Shown piece by piece: positions 20,940 through 36,400 of a stretch of DNA of 64,000 bases. The notes below the pieces were generated by a model. It was not told the DNA's origin. It was given only the letters and a program-made list of their open reading frames with translations, and searched no databases. Origin of the DNA: an uncultured Acidobacteriota bacterium (GTDB lineage: Bacteria; Acidobacteriota; Blastocatellia; RBC074); the NCBI GenBank assembly GCA_963796275.1, contig CAWCKY010000003.1, positions 960,001-1,024,000 on the forward strand. Reading direction: 5' to 3'. Made by a program: the position numbers and the translations under genes. Position 1 is the first letter of the stretch. Every line of letters starts with the position of its first letter.

Positions 20940-21389
20940 TCACCCTCCCTCGACCGGAACGCAGATAATGGGGATCTGCGCTCCGCGTAATACTTTTTCG
21001 GCAGTCGAGCCGAAGAGCAGGCCCTCGATAGAACCTTGTTTTTTGCCGCGAATACTCAGCACGATCATCTCGAAGTAAAGGTCGTTCGCGACGCGTAAAA
21101 TTTCGGCAAATGGATAACCGACGACGACCATCGTATCCACCTGAATTGTTGCGGATGGGGTTCGTTTGGCGATTTCTGCCAGGCTTTGCTCCGATTTATT
21201 CCGCAATTGCTCGATAGCGGTTTCGGCCTCGAGAAAACCCGCTTCATTGAGTTTAGCGATGAAATCCGAATCTATTACATGCAGCAGGCAGATTTCACCA
21301 TCTGGCTCGATTAATGAGAAAGCGAATTCAATCGCTCGTAAAGAGCCGGGGGAAAAGTCAACGGGCACAAGGATATCCTTGAATTGCAT
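20940..21389 (-). CDS. Universal stress protein
   Basis: ILVPVDFS, G.PFAEIL, LFGSTAEKVLR. Confidence 0.9.
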   Translation of the reverse strand: MQFKDILVPVDFSPGSLRAIEFAFSLIEPDGEICLLHVIDSDFIAKLNEAGFLEAETAIEQLRNKSEQSLAEIAKRTPSATIQVDTMVVVGYPFAEILRVANDLYFEMIVLSIRGKKQGSIEGLLFGSTAEKVLRGAQIPIICVPVEGG

Positions 21390-21467
21390 CTTCATCTCCT
21401 TTCTCCATTCGAGTTTCGAATCTATAATTAACAAACGGATGCAAGCTATATTTTTAGCTCAAATGGG

Positions 21468-23168
21468 ATGCAGAAGCGATATATAAAATTTGAAATCCTG
21501 CTTACAGCTCTCTTTGTCGCGAGCGCTGCCGATTCGGTCGCCCAACCGCTCAAGAGGCAACCGGATTCGCGGCCGGCCAAGGCACATATGCAGAGGGTGA
21601 GGGATCGTAAACCTTTCCCACCCTATCAGCGCGACCCGATACAACTGGTTAAGGAGTTCTACCTCGACGAGGACAGGAAAAAGCTCGCGTTCGATCTGGA
21701 ACTCGCTGTCGCGACAGCCTTGGGTGGAGACGCCTGGGGGAAACTCGACGAAAAGCAGCGAACAGCGGTGGCCAGGGCCTTTGAAATTAAGGTGAATGAG
21801 ATTCTGGAAGAATGGGATCCGGGAAATCTGACCAGCGTCCGCGTCCTGAGGAGCAGGATCAAAGATAATCAAGCCACGGTGATGGTCTTAAGGGACCTCG
21901 AATTGATTCGGTTCACGCTCGCGATGCGTAACGGATTGTGGTTCGTGACGGAACACGAGGTTGTCGATGATGCGCTTCCGGAATTCAGCGACACGATCCA
22001 GGGCGCGCTGCATCCTGGCACGGCCCGAGGACAGGCTTACCAACTGCCGACTGAGAGCGCGCTCAAATATCTTGATGGGTTGATTGCGGTTCAGGGCGAA
22101 AGCCCGCAGCTCCTGCTGCTCAAGTACCGGGTGCTCATATCTCAAAAAGTTGAAGAGGATACGGCGAGATCTGCGGAAGCGCTCCGGATAGCGCTGACCG
22201 GAAGGACTCAGGGGAATGTGAATCGTTTGAGGGAGCGCCGTGGGGTGGAGCTAGAGGATGATCGTGCGCACGAGTTGTTGCTCAAGATAAACAGCCGTTG
22301 GCCAGATTTCGCTCCCGGTTCTTTGGCTCTCGCTTTTGACCTTTTATATTACGGCAATGACGATGCGATTCTAAGTACGGTCAGCAAAAATGCAGAACGC
22401 GCCATCGCGCCGCTCGAGCATTACATCGAGCTCGTTCCTTACGACCCCCGGCCGTGGCGCGATCTGGCGCACGCCTATGCCTTGCTGGATAAAAACGATG
22501 AGGCCGAGCGGGCATTTCGGGCGGCCATCGAGCGGGACCCGACCTACCTCGACCATTACGCGACACTGATTGGCTTCCATTTATTGTGTGATGAGCTCGA
22601 GAAAGCGAAGGCGAGTTTCACCCAGATGCTGGGGGCAGCTTCTAGTCCTGATGAAGCATTCGAGTGGTTTCTCGACGACGAAGGATTCGATCCCGATTAT
22701 GCGGTGCTGCTGGAAAATTTACTCCTTTCATTTCCCAAGGAATTGGAAGGGAGCAGGGCGGGCATGGTTTTGCTAGCGAATGCGAGGGAAGCTCAAAATA
22801 GAACGGGAGAGGCGATCAAGGCTATGCAGAGCGCGGTTGCGATCGAGGGCGAGGCGGACGATTATGAATATCTATCCCAGCTTTATCGCCAGCAACAACG
22901 ATTCGTCGAAGCCTTGAACGCGGCAAATCTTGCGCTCAAATTGGATGACAAATCCGCATCGGCGCAATTCGAGCGCGCTTGTTCTCTCTCGCAGCTTGGG
23001 CGGAAACGCGAAGCGCTCGTGGCCTTGAAACAGATGATGGTGTTGGATCCGGAAATCATCTTCGATCCACAGGAGGCCGATCTGCAGCCTCTCGCAAACA
23101 TGCCTGAATTCAAGTCGATCAAAGAGAAATTGAAGGACGATCCCGAGGAAATGAATAAGAAGAGATGA
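21468..23168 (+). CDS. Exported TPR-repeat protein with possible MlaC-like N-terminal domain
   Basis: Signal peptide; TPR-like helices (PWRDLAHAY..LDKNDEAERAFRAAIERDP); C-terminal F.RACSLSQLG..EAL..D.DLQPL. Confidence 0.7.
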   Translation: MQKRYIKFEILLTALFVASAADSVAQPLKRQPDSRPAKAHMQRVRDRKPFPPYQRDPIQLVKEFYLDEDRKKLAFDLELAVATALGGDAWGKLDEKQRTAVARAFEIKVNEILEEWDPGNLTSVRVLRSRIKDNQATVMVLRDLELIRFTLAMRNGLWFVTEHEVVDDALPEFSDTIQGALHPGTARGQAYQLPTESALKYLDGLIAVQGESPQLLLLKYRVLISQKVEEDTARSAEALRIALTGRTQGNVNRLRERRGVELEDDRAHELLLKINSRWPDFAPGSLALAFDLLYYGNDDAILSTVSKNAERAIAPLEHYIELVPYDPRPWRDLAHAYALLDKNDEAERAFRAAIERDPTYLDHYATLIGFHLLCDELEKAKASFTQMLGAASSPDEAFEWFLDDEGFDPDYAVLLENLLLSFPKELEGSRAGMVLLANAREAQNRTGEAIKAMQSAVAIEGEADDYEYLSQLYRQQQRFVEALNAANLALKLDDKSASAQFERACSLSQLGRKREALVALKQMMVLDPEIIFDPQEADLQPLANMPEFKSIKEKLKDDPEEMNKKR

Positions 23169-23214
23169 CGAGAGGAGAGTTAGGGTAATTGATGCCTGCG
23201 CCGGAGAGTGAGAT

Positions 23215-23529
23215 ATGCCGAACTATGATCCAGAACTGGATGACGCGGTAATCACAGAAAGCAAGCAGAAGGTAGAAAAACCGCCGCTATATAAAGTTCT
23301 TTTGCATAACGATAATTACACGACGATGGATTTTGTCGTCGTCATTCTAATCACCGTCTTCCACCACTCGGAAGGCGATGCAATACGTATCATGCTGCAG
23401 GTTCACCATAAAGGCATGGGCGTAGCAGGCGTTTTTACTCATGAAATTGCCGAAACGAAGATCGCGCAGGTTACCGAACTCGCGAAAGAGCACGAATTCC
23501 CTCTCCTCTGCACGATGGAAGAGGAATGA
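23215..23529 (+). CDS. clpS: Clp protease adaptor ClpS
   Basis: PPLYKVLLHNDNYTTMDFVV, MLQVHHKG, EFPLLCTME. Confidence 0.97.
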   Translation: MPNYDPELDDAVITESKQKVEKPPLYKVLLHNDNYTTMDFVVVILITVFHHSEGDAIRIMLQVHHKGMGVAGVFTHEIAETKIAQVTELAKEHEFPLLCTMEEE

Positions 23530-23590
23530 ATGGGGCGGGTTCTGACTCCGGGCCCCACACCCAGGTGAATTCATATTCCTCCCAAAGCAT

Positions 23591-25855
<2,265 letters not shown>

Positions 25856-26267
25856 GAGCAGGCGTGTCAACTATCCGAGATGTGTGCGCCGTTCCGTATC
25901 GTTATTCACCACCAAGATCACAGAGAACTAATCTCCGCACTCCTCACGATGAAAATCGAATTTGAATCACGACCCAATGTATTGTAACTTCGTCCGGCTT
26001 GATGGTCACTGAGATAACCGGACAAACTCGCCTCCGGACACATTGTGGCTCGTCTATTTGCCCCGGCGTCCTTAGCATTGCAAGAACGCTGTCAAGAACC
26101 GTGCCGGATTTATCTGCCATCTTCAATTTCAGGTGATCTCGTTTGCCCAGATCGACGGACTTTACTATCATCACGCTTCAATTTAACCCTGTCCACCTAC
26201 ACTGCCCCGCTGTTTAGACATTGATAAAAATCTTGAACTTCACGGTCTACCGCTTAGGAGGTCCGAG

Positions 26268-29200
26268 ATGGCAAAAACAAATACACGCTTTTCACCACAC
26301 ATCATCGCAGTATTGATAATAATCGTCATTTGCCTGACAACCAACGCTCTCAATTTCTCTTCGAATGCGCAGCAGATTTCACCACCGGCGGCCGCCCATC
26401 CGCTTAATGGCCTGCAATGGCGAAGCGTCGGGCCTTTTCGTGGCGGTCGCGTTACGGCTGTCGCTGGCGTCCCATCGCAGCCGATGGTCTATTACTTCGG
26501 CGCAACCGGCGGAGGCGTGTGGAAGACTACTGATGGAGGCGTCAATTGGGAGCCGATCTCGGACGGTCAATTAACCACCGGTTCGGTCGGAGCGATCGGC
26601 TTGAGCGAATCTGATCCGAACGTGATCTATGCCGGTATGGGTGAGGTGCCCATCCGGGGTAACGTCTCGCACGGCGACGGCGTTTACAAATCGACCGATG
26701 CCGGAAAGACGTGGAAGAGAATAGGCTTGGAAGAGACGCGACACATAGGCCGCGTTCGGGTGCACCCGAAAAATCCCGATCTGGTTTATGTCGCCGCCCT
26801 GGGACACATCTTCGGGCCGCACGAGCAACGTGGCGTATTTAGATCCAAGGATGGAGGTAAAAGCTGGGAGAAGATTCTCTATCGCAACAACAAGGCGGGA
26901 GCGATCGACCTCATTCTCGATCCGTCCAATCCTAATGTGGTCTATGCAGGTTTCTGGGAGGTTTTTCGGACGCCGTACAGTCTGGAGAGCGGAGGGGAAG
27001 GGGGCGGTCTCTTCAAATCGACCGATGGCGGCGACACTTGGAATGAGATCACGCGCAATCCCGGAATGCCCAAAGGGCTGGTGGGAAAGGTCGGAATAAC
27101 TGTTTCCGCCGCGAATCCGGATAGGGTGTGGGCGATCATCGAGGCCGAAGACGGCGGAGTATTCCGTTCGGACAACGGCGGCCAGACGTGGAGCAAGACA
27201 AACGAGCAGAGAAACTTGCGCCAGCGCGCGTGGTATTACACGCGCATATACGCAGACACGAAAAACGTCGATACCGTATACGTTCTCAACGTGAGTTTCT
27301 CCAAGTCCAATGACGGCGGGCGCACTTTCACTACGATCGGTGCACCTCACGGCGATCATCACGATCTTTGGATTGCGCCCGACGATTCGTCGCGGATGAT
27401 CAACGGCAATGACGGCGGCGCTAACGTCTCGTTCAATGGCGGCAGGACCTGGACGGAGCAGGACCAGCCTACCGCACAATTTTACCGGGTCGCTCTCGAC
27501 ACTGATTTCCCTTATCACATTTATGGCGCGCAGCAGGACAACTCGACAGTCAAGATCGCCAGTCGCTCGATGGGTGCCAGCATAGAGCGAACGGACTGGG
27601 AAGAGACGGCTGGCAGCGAATCGGGCTGGGTTACCCCACATCCCAAAGACTCGAATATCGTTTTCGGAGGCAACTACGGCGGCTATCTATCGCGTCTAGA
27701 TCATCGCACGGGACAGGAGCGCAATATCACTGTCTGGCCGGATAATCCCATGGGTTGGGGCGCTGAGGGGATGAAATATCGGTTCCAATGGAATTTTCCG
27801 ATAGTCTTCTCTCCTCACGATTCCAATACGCTCTATGTCGGCAGCAATCTGCTCTTTAAATCCACCAACGAAGGACAGAGCTGGCAAGCGATTAGCCCGG
27901 ATCTCACTCGTAACGACAAATCTAAACTCGGCCCCTCGGGCGGACCCATAACCAAAGACAACACGAGCGTCGAGTATTACTGCACGATCTTTACGCTGAT
28001 GGAGTCTCCCGTGCAGAAAGGCGTGATCTGGACCGGATCGGATGATGGATTGGTATACGTCACGCGCGATGGCGGCAAAAAATGGGAGAACGTCACGCCG
28101 AAGGAGATGCCCGAATGGATTCAGATCAATTCGATCGAAGCCTCGCCGCACGATGCCGGGACCACTTATTTCGCGGGGACGATGTATAAGTCCGACGATT
28201 TTCGACCGTATCTATATAAAACGAATGATTATGGTAAGACGTGGAAGAAGATCGTCAACGGCATTCCGGAGAGCGCGTTTACGCGTGTGATTCGCGAAGA
28301 CCCCAACCGCCGGGGTTTGCTGTATGCGGGAACCGAAACGGGGATATATGTTTCATTCAACGATGGCGAGAACTGGCAATCCTTGCAATTGAATCTGCCG
28401 GTCGTGCCGATAACAGACCTGGCTATTCATAAACGCGAGAAAGATCTGGTCGCCGCGACGCAAGGGCGCAGTTTCTGGGTGCTCGATGATTTAACCCTGT
28501 TGCATCAGTGGAAAGATACGATCGCCGTTTCGAATGTGCATCTGTTCAAGCCCGAAGATGCTTACCGCTCACCGAATCAAGGTATTTCATCGAGCGCAAG
28601 AATGACGGCCGGCGCGAATCCTCCGGGAGGCGCGGTAATCTGGTACCACTTTAAGGAAAAACCGACCGGAGAGGTTGTTCTCGAAATTCTGGATGGCGCG
28701 GGCAAGCAGGTGAAGAAATTCTCTAGCAAGGCGGAGGACTCTCCTGCCGCGGCCTCTACGGAGGACGGAGTTTCGGCAAGAGGCGGTGGCGCCGCTCGCA
28801 TCCCGATAGAGAAGGGATTGAATAGGTTCATCTGGGATTTGCGTTACCCCGACGCGAGCCGTTTCCCCGGCTTGATTCTGTGGTCCGGCAACACCAATGG
28901 GCCGCGCTCCGTGCCCGGGGTTTATCAGGTCAAACTCACGGCTGACGGTAAGACGATGACCGAGAGCTTTGAGTTGAAGAAGGACCCGCGCATTGCGACG
29001 ACCCCGGAAGATTTTAAGAAACAGTTTGACTTGTTGATAAAAATTCGCGATAAATTGACCGAGGTGCACAAAGCAATCAGCGAAATCCGTGATCTACGTA
29101 AACAGATTGATGATTACGCCACTCGCGCTACAGGGCAGCCGAATTCTCAACCAATCGTCGATGCATCAAAGTCGCTCAAAGCCAAACTAACCTCAATTGA

Positions 29201-29477
29201 AGAAGAGTTGTATCAAACAAAAAATCAAAGCAATCAGGACCCGCTCAATTATCCAATCAGGCTCAACAATAAGCTGGCAGCTCTTGCCGGCGTAGTGGGC
29301 AGCGCCGATGCCGCTCCGACCGATCAGTCTTACGCGGTTTACGAAGACCTGACCGGGCGTATTAACCAGCAGCTCGAGAAACTGAAACAGGTGATGGCGA
29401 GCGATGTTCCGGCTTTCAATAAATTGGCGAGGGACAAGGATGTGCCGGCGGTATTTATAAAACCATCTAAAGAGTAG
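26268..29477 (+). CDS. BNR/VPS10 (sortilin-like) repeat glycosyl hydrolase-like exported protein
   Basis: [12 protein letters not shown], many S.DGG.TW Asp-boxes, [17 protein letters not shown]. Confidence 0.88.
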   Translation: MAKTNTRFSPHIIAVLIIIVICLTTNALNFSSNAQQISPPAAAHPLNGLQWRSVGPFRGGRVTAVAGVPSQPMVYYFGATGGGVWKTTDGGVNWEPISDGQLTTGSVGAIGLSESDPNVIYAGMGEVPIRGNVSHGDGVYKSTDAGKTWKRIGLEETRHIGRVRVHPKNPDLVYVAALGHIFGPHEQRGVFRSKDGGKSWEKILYRNNKAGAIDLILDPSNPNVVYAGFWEVFRTPYSLESGGEGGGLFKSTDGGDTWNEITRNPGMPKGLVGKVGITVSAANPDRVWAIIEAEDGGVFRSDNGGQTWSKTNEQRNLRQRAWYYTRIYADTKNVDTVYVLNVSFSKSNDGGRTFTTIGAPHGDHHDLWIAPDDSSRMINGNDGGANVSFNGGRTWTEQDQPTAQFYRVALDTDFPYHIYGAQQDNSTVKIASRSMGASIERTDWEETAGSESGWVTPHPKDSNIVFGGNYGGYLSRLDHRTGQERNITVWPDNPMGWGAEGMKYRFQWNFPIVFSPHDSNTLYVGSNLLFKSTNEGQSWQAISPDLTRNDKSKLGPSGGPITKDNTSVEYYCTIFTLMESPVQKGVIWTGSDDGLVYVTRDGGKKWENVTPKEMPEWIQINSIEASPHDAGTTYFAGTMYKSDDFRPYLYKTNDYGKTWKKIVNGIPESAFTRVIREDPNRRGLLYAGTETGIYVSFNDGENWQSLQLNLPVVPITDLAIHKREKDLVAATQGRSFWVLDDLTLLHQWKDTIAVSNVHLFKPEDAYRSPNQGISSSARMTAGANPPGGAVIWYHFKEKPTGEVVLEILDGAGKQVKKFSSKAEDSPAAASTEDGVSARGGGAARIPIEKGLNRFIWDLRYPDASRFPGLILWSGNTNGPRSVPGVYQVKLTADGKTMTESFELKKDPRIATTPEDFKKQFDLLIKIRDKLTEVHKAISEIRDLRKQIDDYATRATGQPNSQPIVDASKSLKAKLTSIEEELYQTKNQSNQDPLNYPIRLNNKLAALAGVVGSADAAPTDQSYAVYEDLTGRINQQLEKLKQVMASDVPAFNKLARDKDVPAVFIKPSKE

Positions 29478-29678
29478 TTCTCTGAAGAACGGCTAAATTT
29501 AAATGCTACTGGAATCAGGGTTTTCGGCTCTGGAACGCGGAGGCGCGGAATATTCTAGTACTCGATCAGCCAAATCTCATCGATATCCGAACAGCTGGCA
29601 TATCCGGGTTTTCTAGATTTTTAAAGATAACGACTATAATTAACGGATTCGTTAGCTATATTTCGGGGGGATATTTTT

Positions 29679-31106
29679 ATGGACAGGACTACTGAATCGC
29701 CGGTGGAAGACTTCACGCAACAAATGAAACGTGATTGGAATGAACGCGCGAAGGAAGACGCGAGATGGTTCATCAACAGCGTTAGGCATGGACAGACCGA
29801 AGGAGAGTTTGATGAGAGTGGCCGGAGGGATATCGAAGGATGGGTCAGAACGGAACTCCCGATACTCGTGGGTGATCGGGATCCTGCATCGATGCGCGCG
29901 CTCGAGATAGGTTGCGGCATCGGGAGGTTGACCAAGCATCTGGCTGCCATATTTGGAGAAGTATACGGCGCCGATGTTTCCTCAGAGATGATCCAGCAGG
30001 GCCGGGATCGTTTACGGTCTCACCCTAATATTCATCTGCGTGAGACGAGCGGGTCCGACTTCGCCGAATTCCCGGATGAGTACTTCGACTTCATCTTCTC
30101 TGCTTTAGTCTTTCAGCATGTGCCGACAAAGGAGATCATATTATCGAATATACGTGATGCCTACCGAGTGCTGAAACCAGGCTGTATCTTTAAATTCTTG
30201 GTAAGGAGCGTAACGAACGATGAGCTGATGCAGATACAAAAAGATACCTGGATCGGCGCTTCTATGTCAGAGAACGAAATCCGTGAGCTGGCTCGGGGTC
30301 TGGGGGCAAGATTGATCGGCTTGAATGGCGGCGGGACGCTCTACTGCTGGACGCTTCTCCGTAAACCTAGACTAGATGTGAAACCCGGACTGCGTAAGCC
30401 GCCAATACCTCCTTCGATCAACTATATCGGTCGGTCAGATAACATGCAGATAAAAGAAATACCTGCGCGCGGTGAGAAAGCGTGTGTCGGCCTAGTATCT
30501 ACCGGTCTGGAGAGAGACGAAGTCGATATAAACAATTTGATAATAAAACTGCGTGATAAAGAGATAAAGCCATGTTATGCCGGCTCGGCGGGGGATGCCT
30601 CTACTCCGGATGTACAAGTTAACTTTCGCATTCCGGAAGATGATCCGGGCGGTAATGCCAGTGTGCGGTTGCAAAAGATCGAAGGTGAGGCGTCGGAGGC
30701 GGTCACCATCAAAATATTACCACCCCAACCTGTGCCTCCGAAAATTCACTATATTACAAATGCTGTCGATGAGGGACTAGATATATTTACAAGCGGCCCT
30801 AAGTCGATAATTCGTGTATTGACCGAAGGGCTGAATAATCAATCGAACTCTGAGAATGTTCGTGTCAGGGTGGGCGGGAACATTCTCAAACCGGAATCGA
30901 TAATATTTTTGGCTGAAGGTGGAATCTGGCGAGTAACCGCGCATCTGCCGGAATCAACCGTATCCGGGGAGACCAGAGTACAGGTAATCTTTAACGGGAT
31001 TGAGTCGGATGTCGCGCCCCTGCAAGTCAAAGAAGCTGAACCGGCGACGGCGCCGAAAGAAGAACCGCAAACTCTGAGGTCGTTCCTTCGGAGCCTATTT
31101 AAATAG
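29679..31106 (+). CDS. Class I SAM-dependent methyltransferase with C-terminal Ig-like repeats
   Basis: LEIGCGIGR, GADVSSEM, FDFIFS, RVLKPG; two beta-rich Pro-linked C-terminal units. Confidence 0.8.
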   Translation: MDRTTESPVEDFTQQMKRDWNERAKEDARWFINSVRHGQTEGEFDESGRRDIEGWVRTELPILVGDRDPASMRALEIGCGIGRLTKHLAAIFGEVYGADVSSEMIQQGRDRLRSHPNIHLRETSGSDFAEFPDEYFDFIFSALVFQHVPTKEIILSNIRDAYRVLKPGCIFKFLVRSVTNDELMQIQKDTWIGASMSENEIRELARGLGARLIGLNGGGTLYCWTLLRKPRLDVKPGLRKPPIPPSINYIGRSDNMQIKEIPARGEKACVGLVSTGLERDEVDINNLIIKLRDKEIKPCYAGSAGDASTPDVQVNFRIPEDDPGGNASVRLQKIEGEASEAVTIKILPPQPVPPKIHYITNAVDEGLDIFTSGPKSIIRVLTEGLNNQSNSENVRVRVGGNILKPESIIFLAEGGIWRVTAHLPESTVSGETRVQVIFNGIESDVAPLQVKEAEPATAPKEEPQTLRSFLRSLFK

Positions 31107-31534
31107 TCATCAAAATAGCGTTAGTCGCGGGTTCGCCACATTTTTTTATACCGCAATCTCCTCACCTTGCGGGACCCGAATTGGTAAACCCAAATTAGCC
31201 TCTCTGAATTTTGACAGGATTTTCAGGATATACCAATCGGTGTAAATCCTAGAAATCTTTGTAAAAAATCCTGATTTTCCGTTCTATACAGGAGCGACAT
31301 TAGCAATTGAGCGATTTTAAGAAATAGCCACTTTTCCCCCGCAATCCAATTAAAGGCAATGGTTTCTATATGAAACCGCCTTCGCATCTAAGGTTGTCGC
31401 TCCTAAGGTTCTCGTGATAAGGTTCTATGTTAACCCTGTCACTGGCTAAGGGTTTAAAATCGGGGAATTGGCATCAGCCCCATCGGCTCCTGGCTCGAGA
31501 TGTGGAATCGAACGCAAGGTCGGCATCAGTACTC

Positions 31535-32506
<972 letters not shown>

Positions 32507-32518
32507 ATTCGACTAACC

Positions 32519-33010
32519 ATGAAACCTGGAAATTTACGTAACAGACGAAAAAGCCATCCGCTGCCACGCTTGCGGGAAATCACGCCGGAGGCACAACTCG
32601 AGATTCGTTCTACCCCCAAGCCTGAAATGAATCTCCACCCGCTCGACACTTTTGAGTATGAGTATCCGGGGAGCAGGATCGAGATCAATTTCAGCTCTGC
32701 CGAATTCACGGCCATCTGCCCGTTCTCCGACTTCCCCGATTTCGCCACTCTCAATATCCGCTACGTACCCAACCGCCGCTGCATTGAGTTGAAATCACTC
32801 AAGCTTTACATCAATTCGTTCCGTCATGTGAAAATCTTCCATGAGCACGCCATCAACCGGATATTGGAAGATTTCGTGGCAGCCTGCGATCCGATCGAGT
32901 TCCATATAGAGGGCGATTTCAATGTGCGAGGCAATCTTAAGACCGTAATCAGAGCGAGCTATGTTCAGGAAGGTTCGAAGAAGGTTTCCGTCCGAAATCT
33001 GAAGAACTAA
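32519..33010 (+). CDS. queF: NADPH-dependent preQ0 reductase QueF
   Basis: [30 protein letters not shown]. Confidence 0.93.
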   Translation: MKPGNLRNRRKSHPLPRLREITPEAQLEIRSTPKPEMNLHPLDTFEYEYPGSRIEINFSSAEFTAICPFSDFPDFATLNIRYVPNRRCIELKSLKLYINSFRHVKIFHEHAINRILEDFVAACDPIEFHIEGDFNVRGNLKTVIRASYVQEGSKKVSVRNLKN

Positions 33011-33067
33011 CCCGCCCATCGCATCGTAGTGGTAATTATTCAAAATATCCAAGAATGGAGACCACCG

Positions 33068-33793
33068 ATGTTCTATTGTCCAAAATGTGCAACTTCAGCC
33101 ATTCCGGGTCAGAGGCACTGCCGAAACTGTGGGATCAAACTCGATTTAATCCAGAACGCAATTGAGGGCAAACAACGTGGGCCGCTGGATTTTGATACGC
33201 TCAAAAAAGACCTGCGCGATCTGGGCTCAAGTTTGCGCACGGGTTTTGAAGAAGCTGGAATAAAGATCAAACAGACGCAGAAGCTCAATAAAAACGCACG
33301 ACCGCTAACGCCTAACATGCCGAACTGGACGAAAGAGTTCAATAAAGCTCTGCGTAAAGTCAAAGCCGCGAACACGCGCAAATATAGTCTGCAACAGGCG
33401 ACCCTCTCGATCTTCGGCGGCGGCGCAATAATTGCCGTCTGGTACCACCTGCTCAATGTCGCCGCAGAATCGGGCCTCCTCCAGAGTATTGAGCTGATCA
33501 TCTTCGAGCAAACCGGCTCCCAGGTGACCGGATTGATACAGGTCGTCAATATACTCTGGTTATTGGGATTGATCCCGATCGCGCGCGGAGTAGCACACCT
33601 GATCAACGGCATCTTTATTGTCCCGCGGAAGGTGGAAGAGCGAGAAGAAGAGAGCTACGCGACACCGGCCTATACCTATAGTTCGCCTGTGGCGGCTGGC
33701 AACGCATCGACAAATGAGCTGCAGGACGAGCCAAACGCTGTTACACCATTGAGCGTGACTGAGGAGGAGACAGTGCGATTCGAACAGAGATAA
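33068..33793 (+). CDS. Zinc-ribbon membrane protein
   Basis: MFYCPKCA...HCRNCG, two hydrophobic segments, C-terminal SVTEEET. Confidence 0.75.
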   Translation: MFYCPKCATSAIPGQRHCRNCGIKLDLIQNAIEGKQRGPLDFDTLKKDLRDLGSSLRTGFEEAGIKIKQTQKLNKNARPLTPNMPNWTKEFNKALRKVKAANTRKYSLQQATLSIFGGGAIIAVWYHLLNVAAESGLLQSIELIIFEQTGSQVTGLIQVVNILWLLGLIPIARGVAHLINGIFIVPRKVEEREEESYATPAYTYSSPVAAGNASTNELQDEPNAVTPLSVTEEETVRFEQR

Positions 33794-33862
33794 AGGGGGA
33801 ACAGGGAAGCAAACTTGACGAATAGCCGAGAATCTCGGGTCCCTCACACTGGTTCCCCCTGC

Positions 33863-34990
33863 TCAACTTTTTCTTAGCGAAACATGGTCGACAATTTCCA
33901 GATCGAAGCCTTCCAGCGCGTGTAATTTTGGCGGATGGTTTGACAACAGTCGCAACTTTCGCACGCCCAGTTCGTGTAATATCTGCGCGCCGGTGCCGTA
34001 ATCACGCACGTCGCGCATTTTGTCGGTCTTCTCCTGCTCCCGCGTAACACGTTTTCCCTGATAGCCGCGTAACTGATCGGCCAATCCCACACCGCGCATC
34101 TCCTGCTTGAGATAGAGCACTATTCCATGACCTTCTGCCTCGACGGTCTGCAAGGCGATTTGAAGCTCCGCTCCGTGATCGTCGATAGTGCTGCCGAATA
34201 CATCGCTCAGGACGGATTGCGTGTGGACCCGCACGAGTACCGGTTCATCAGGACTGATCTCGCCCCTGACCATTGCCAGATGGACTTCTCCGTTCAGCAC
34301 GTTTTCGAACGCCACGGCGCGAAATACCCCGTGGATCGTAGGCACCATCGCTTCAGCGATACGGTGCACCAATATTTCGTTCTGAATGCGATAGCGGATC
34401 AGGTCGGCGACGGAGATAATTCGGAGTTGATGTTTGCGCGCGAACTCAACCAGCTGCGGCAGGCGCGACATCGTGCCATCCTCATTCATTATCTCGCAGA
34501 TGACGGCAGCAGGAGTGAGCCCGGCAGTTCGCGCGAGATCGACGCTCGCCTCGGTTTGACCGGGTCGCATCAAGACTCCTCCTTTGCGCGCGCGCAGCGG
34601 AAAGATGTGGCCGGGGCGAACCAGGTCTGCCGCTCTCGATGTCGGATTGACAGCCGTTAGGATGGTCTTAGCGCGATCGGCCGCAGAGATGCCCGTCGTC
34701 ACGCCTGACCGCGCTTCAATCGAAACGGTGAAGGCGGTGTTATAGTTCGAGTTGTTTTCACGCTCCGAAACCTGCAGGGGAAGGTTCAACTCATCGCAGC
34801 GATCTTCGGTCATCGGAAGACAGATCAGCCCGCGACCCTCGCGCGCCATAAAGTTGATAATCTCCGGCGTGACCTTCTCCGCCCCGCACGCCAGGTCGCC
34901 TTCATTTTCGCGATCCTCATCATCGACGATGATGATCATTCTACCGGCACGGAAATCTTCGATTGCTTGTTCGACAGGGGAAAATGCCAT
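33863..34990 (-). CDS. ribB: 3,4-dihydroxy-2-butanone-4-phosphate synthase fused to a degenerate GTP cyclohydrolase II domain (RibBX type)
   Basis: [32 protein letters not shown]; C-domain lacks the Zn cysteines. Confidence 0.9.
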   Translation of the reverse strand: MAFSPVEQAIEDFRAGRMIIIVDDEDRENEGDLACGAEKVTPEIINFMAREGRGLICLPMTEDRCDELNLPLQVSERENNSNYNTAFTVSIEARSGVTTGISAADRAKTILTAVNPTSRAADLVRPGHIFPLRARKGGVLMRPGQTEASVDLARTAGLTPAAVICEIMNEDGTMSRLPQLVEFARKHQLRIISVADLIRYRIQNEILVHRIAEAMVPTIHGVFRAVAFENVLNGEVHLAMVRGEISPDEPVLVRVHTQSVLSDVFGSTIDDHGAELQIALQTVEAEGHGIVLYLKQEMRGVGLADQLRGYQGKRVTREQEKTDKMRDVRDYGTGAQILHELGVRKLRLLSNHPPKLHALEGFDLEIVDHVSLRKS

Positions 34991-35001
34991 GATAAGAAAT
35001 T

Positions 35002-35646
35002 CTAGTAGCCCATTGAACCGAGGCTCTCTATGGTCAACCCGGCCCCCGGTTCTTTTATGTGCGTTTGCATCATCCTCTCGACATACTTGGCGATGATGTC
35101 AACCTCAAGGTTTACCGGGGAGCCTCTATCGAGACCGCTCAGGTTGGTCACCTTCCAGGTGTGCGGGATGATCGCGATCTCGAACCACTCTTCGCCCAGC
35201 GCCGCCACCGTCAGACTGATCCCGTCGACTGCGATCGAACCTTTTTCGACGATATAGCGGGCGAGATTGACGGGAAACTCTATGCGGACGATCCAGCCAT
35301 CTCCTTCGGCGCGCGCATCAACGAATTTGCCGGTTCCATCGACGTGCCCTTGAACGAGATGGCCGCCGAGCCGTGATGACGGCAGCAGCGGGCGTTCGAG
35401 ATTGACGCGCGTGCCGCCGCGCAAACGGTTCAAACTGGTTCGGCGTAATGTTTCAGCCGAGACGTCCGCGGCCAGCCAGTCAGGACCCAGACCAACGAAG
35501 GTCAGACAAACTCCGTTGACGGCAATGCTATCGCCTTTTTTAGCGTCGCGGACTACCTTCCTGGCTGAGACCTCAAGACGCGCGCCATCGCGGTCGGTAG
35601 TTATCCGGCGAATAGCTCCCATTTCTTCAATGATTCCGGTGAACAT
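35002..35646 (-). CDS. ribE: Riboflavin synthase (alpha chain)
   Basis: [41 protein letters not shown]. Confidence 0.96.
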   Translation of the reverse strand: MFTGIIEEMGAIRRITTDRDGARLEVSARKVVRDAKKGDSIAVNGVCLTFVGLGPDWLAADVSAETLRRTSLNRLRGGTRVNLERPLLPSSRLGGHLVQGHVDGTGKFVDARAEGDGWIVRIEFPVNLARYIVEKGSIAVDGISLTVAALGEEWFEIAIIPHTWKVTNLSGLDRGSPVNLEVDIIAKYVERMMQTHIKEPGAGLTIESLGSMGY

Positions 35647-36313
35647 AAGAGATTATATCCATAATTCGTTTGACGACTTCATCGATCGTCATCGCGGACG
35701 AGTCGATATAAATCGCATCATCAGTTTGAACGAGCGGCGAATCGAGGCGTGTTACGTCGCGATAATCGCGGTCCTCGATTTCAGCTTTCATTTGGTCGAG
35801 CGATCCGGAGCCGATCCCGCGCCCGGCATTCTCCGCCAACCGGCGCCGGCTGCGCGTGTCCGAAGTAGCGTCGAGGTAAATTTTGACATCAGCCTCCGGA
35901 AACACCTGCGTGGCGATATCACGCCCTTCCATTACCACACCGCCTGCACGCCCCATCTCCCGCTGGCGCGCGACGAGCGCCCGGCGGACTGCGGAGAAGG
36001 CCGATACTTGCGAGGCCGCCCGAGTAACATCGGGCGTGGCGATCTCCTCTGTGATATCGCGACCGTCGATCAACACGCGCATCGAGTCGACATCGCCCTT
36101 CAAATCGATCGAAGCGTCTAGCGCGAGCAGTCCGATGCGATCGGCAGCGTCGAGTGAAATCCCATCGTTCAGCGCTTTCCAGGCCACCGCGCGATACATC
36201 GCGCCGGTATTGATGAAAAGATATCCGAGTTTCTTCGCTATCCGCCTCGCGACCGTACTTTTCCCCGCGCCGGCCGGACCGTCAATAGCGATGATCAATC
36301 TTCGGTGAGTCAC
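35627..36313 (-). CDS. cmk: Cytidylate kinase
   Basis: [27 protein letters not shown]. Confidence 0.96.
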   Translation of the reverse strand: MTHRRLIIAIDGPAGAGKSTVARRIAKKLGYLFINTGAMYRAVAWKALNDGISLDAADRIGLLALDASIDLKGDVDSMRVLIDGRDITEEIATPDVTRAASQVSAFSAVRRALVARQREMGRAGGVVMEGRDIATQVFPEADVKIYLDATSDTRSRRRLAENAGRGIGSGSLDQMKAEIEDRDYRDVTRLDSPLVQTDDAIYIDSSAMTIDEVVKRIMDIISYVHRNH

Positions 36314-36400
36314 CTTAACTCCTCAATGTCGCCGCCCGCGCGGCTGAAAGCGACCTTGCCGAACTACCAGGCGGTAGCCCCGGAAAATTCCAGAGGGAAA

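Noticed and set aside
25944-26174. 76-aa minus-strand ORF and near-sigma-54 motif (CGGCACGGTTCTTGA) between clpA and the BNR protein
   Set aside because: No RBS or recognisable motif; the -12 GC is missing
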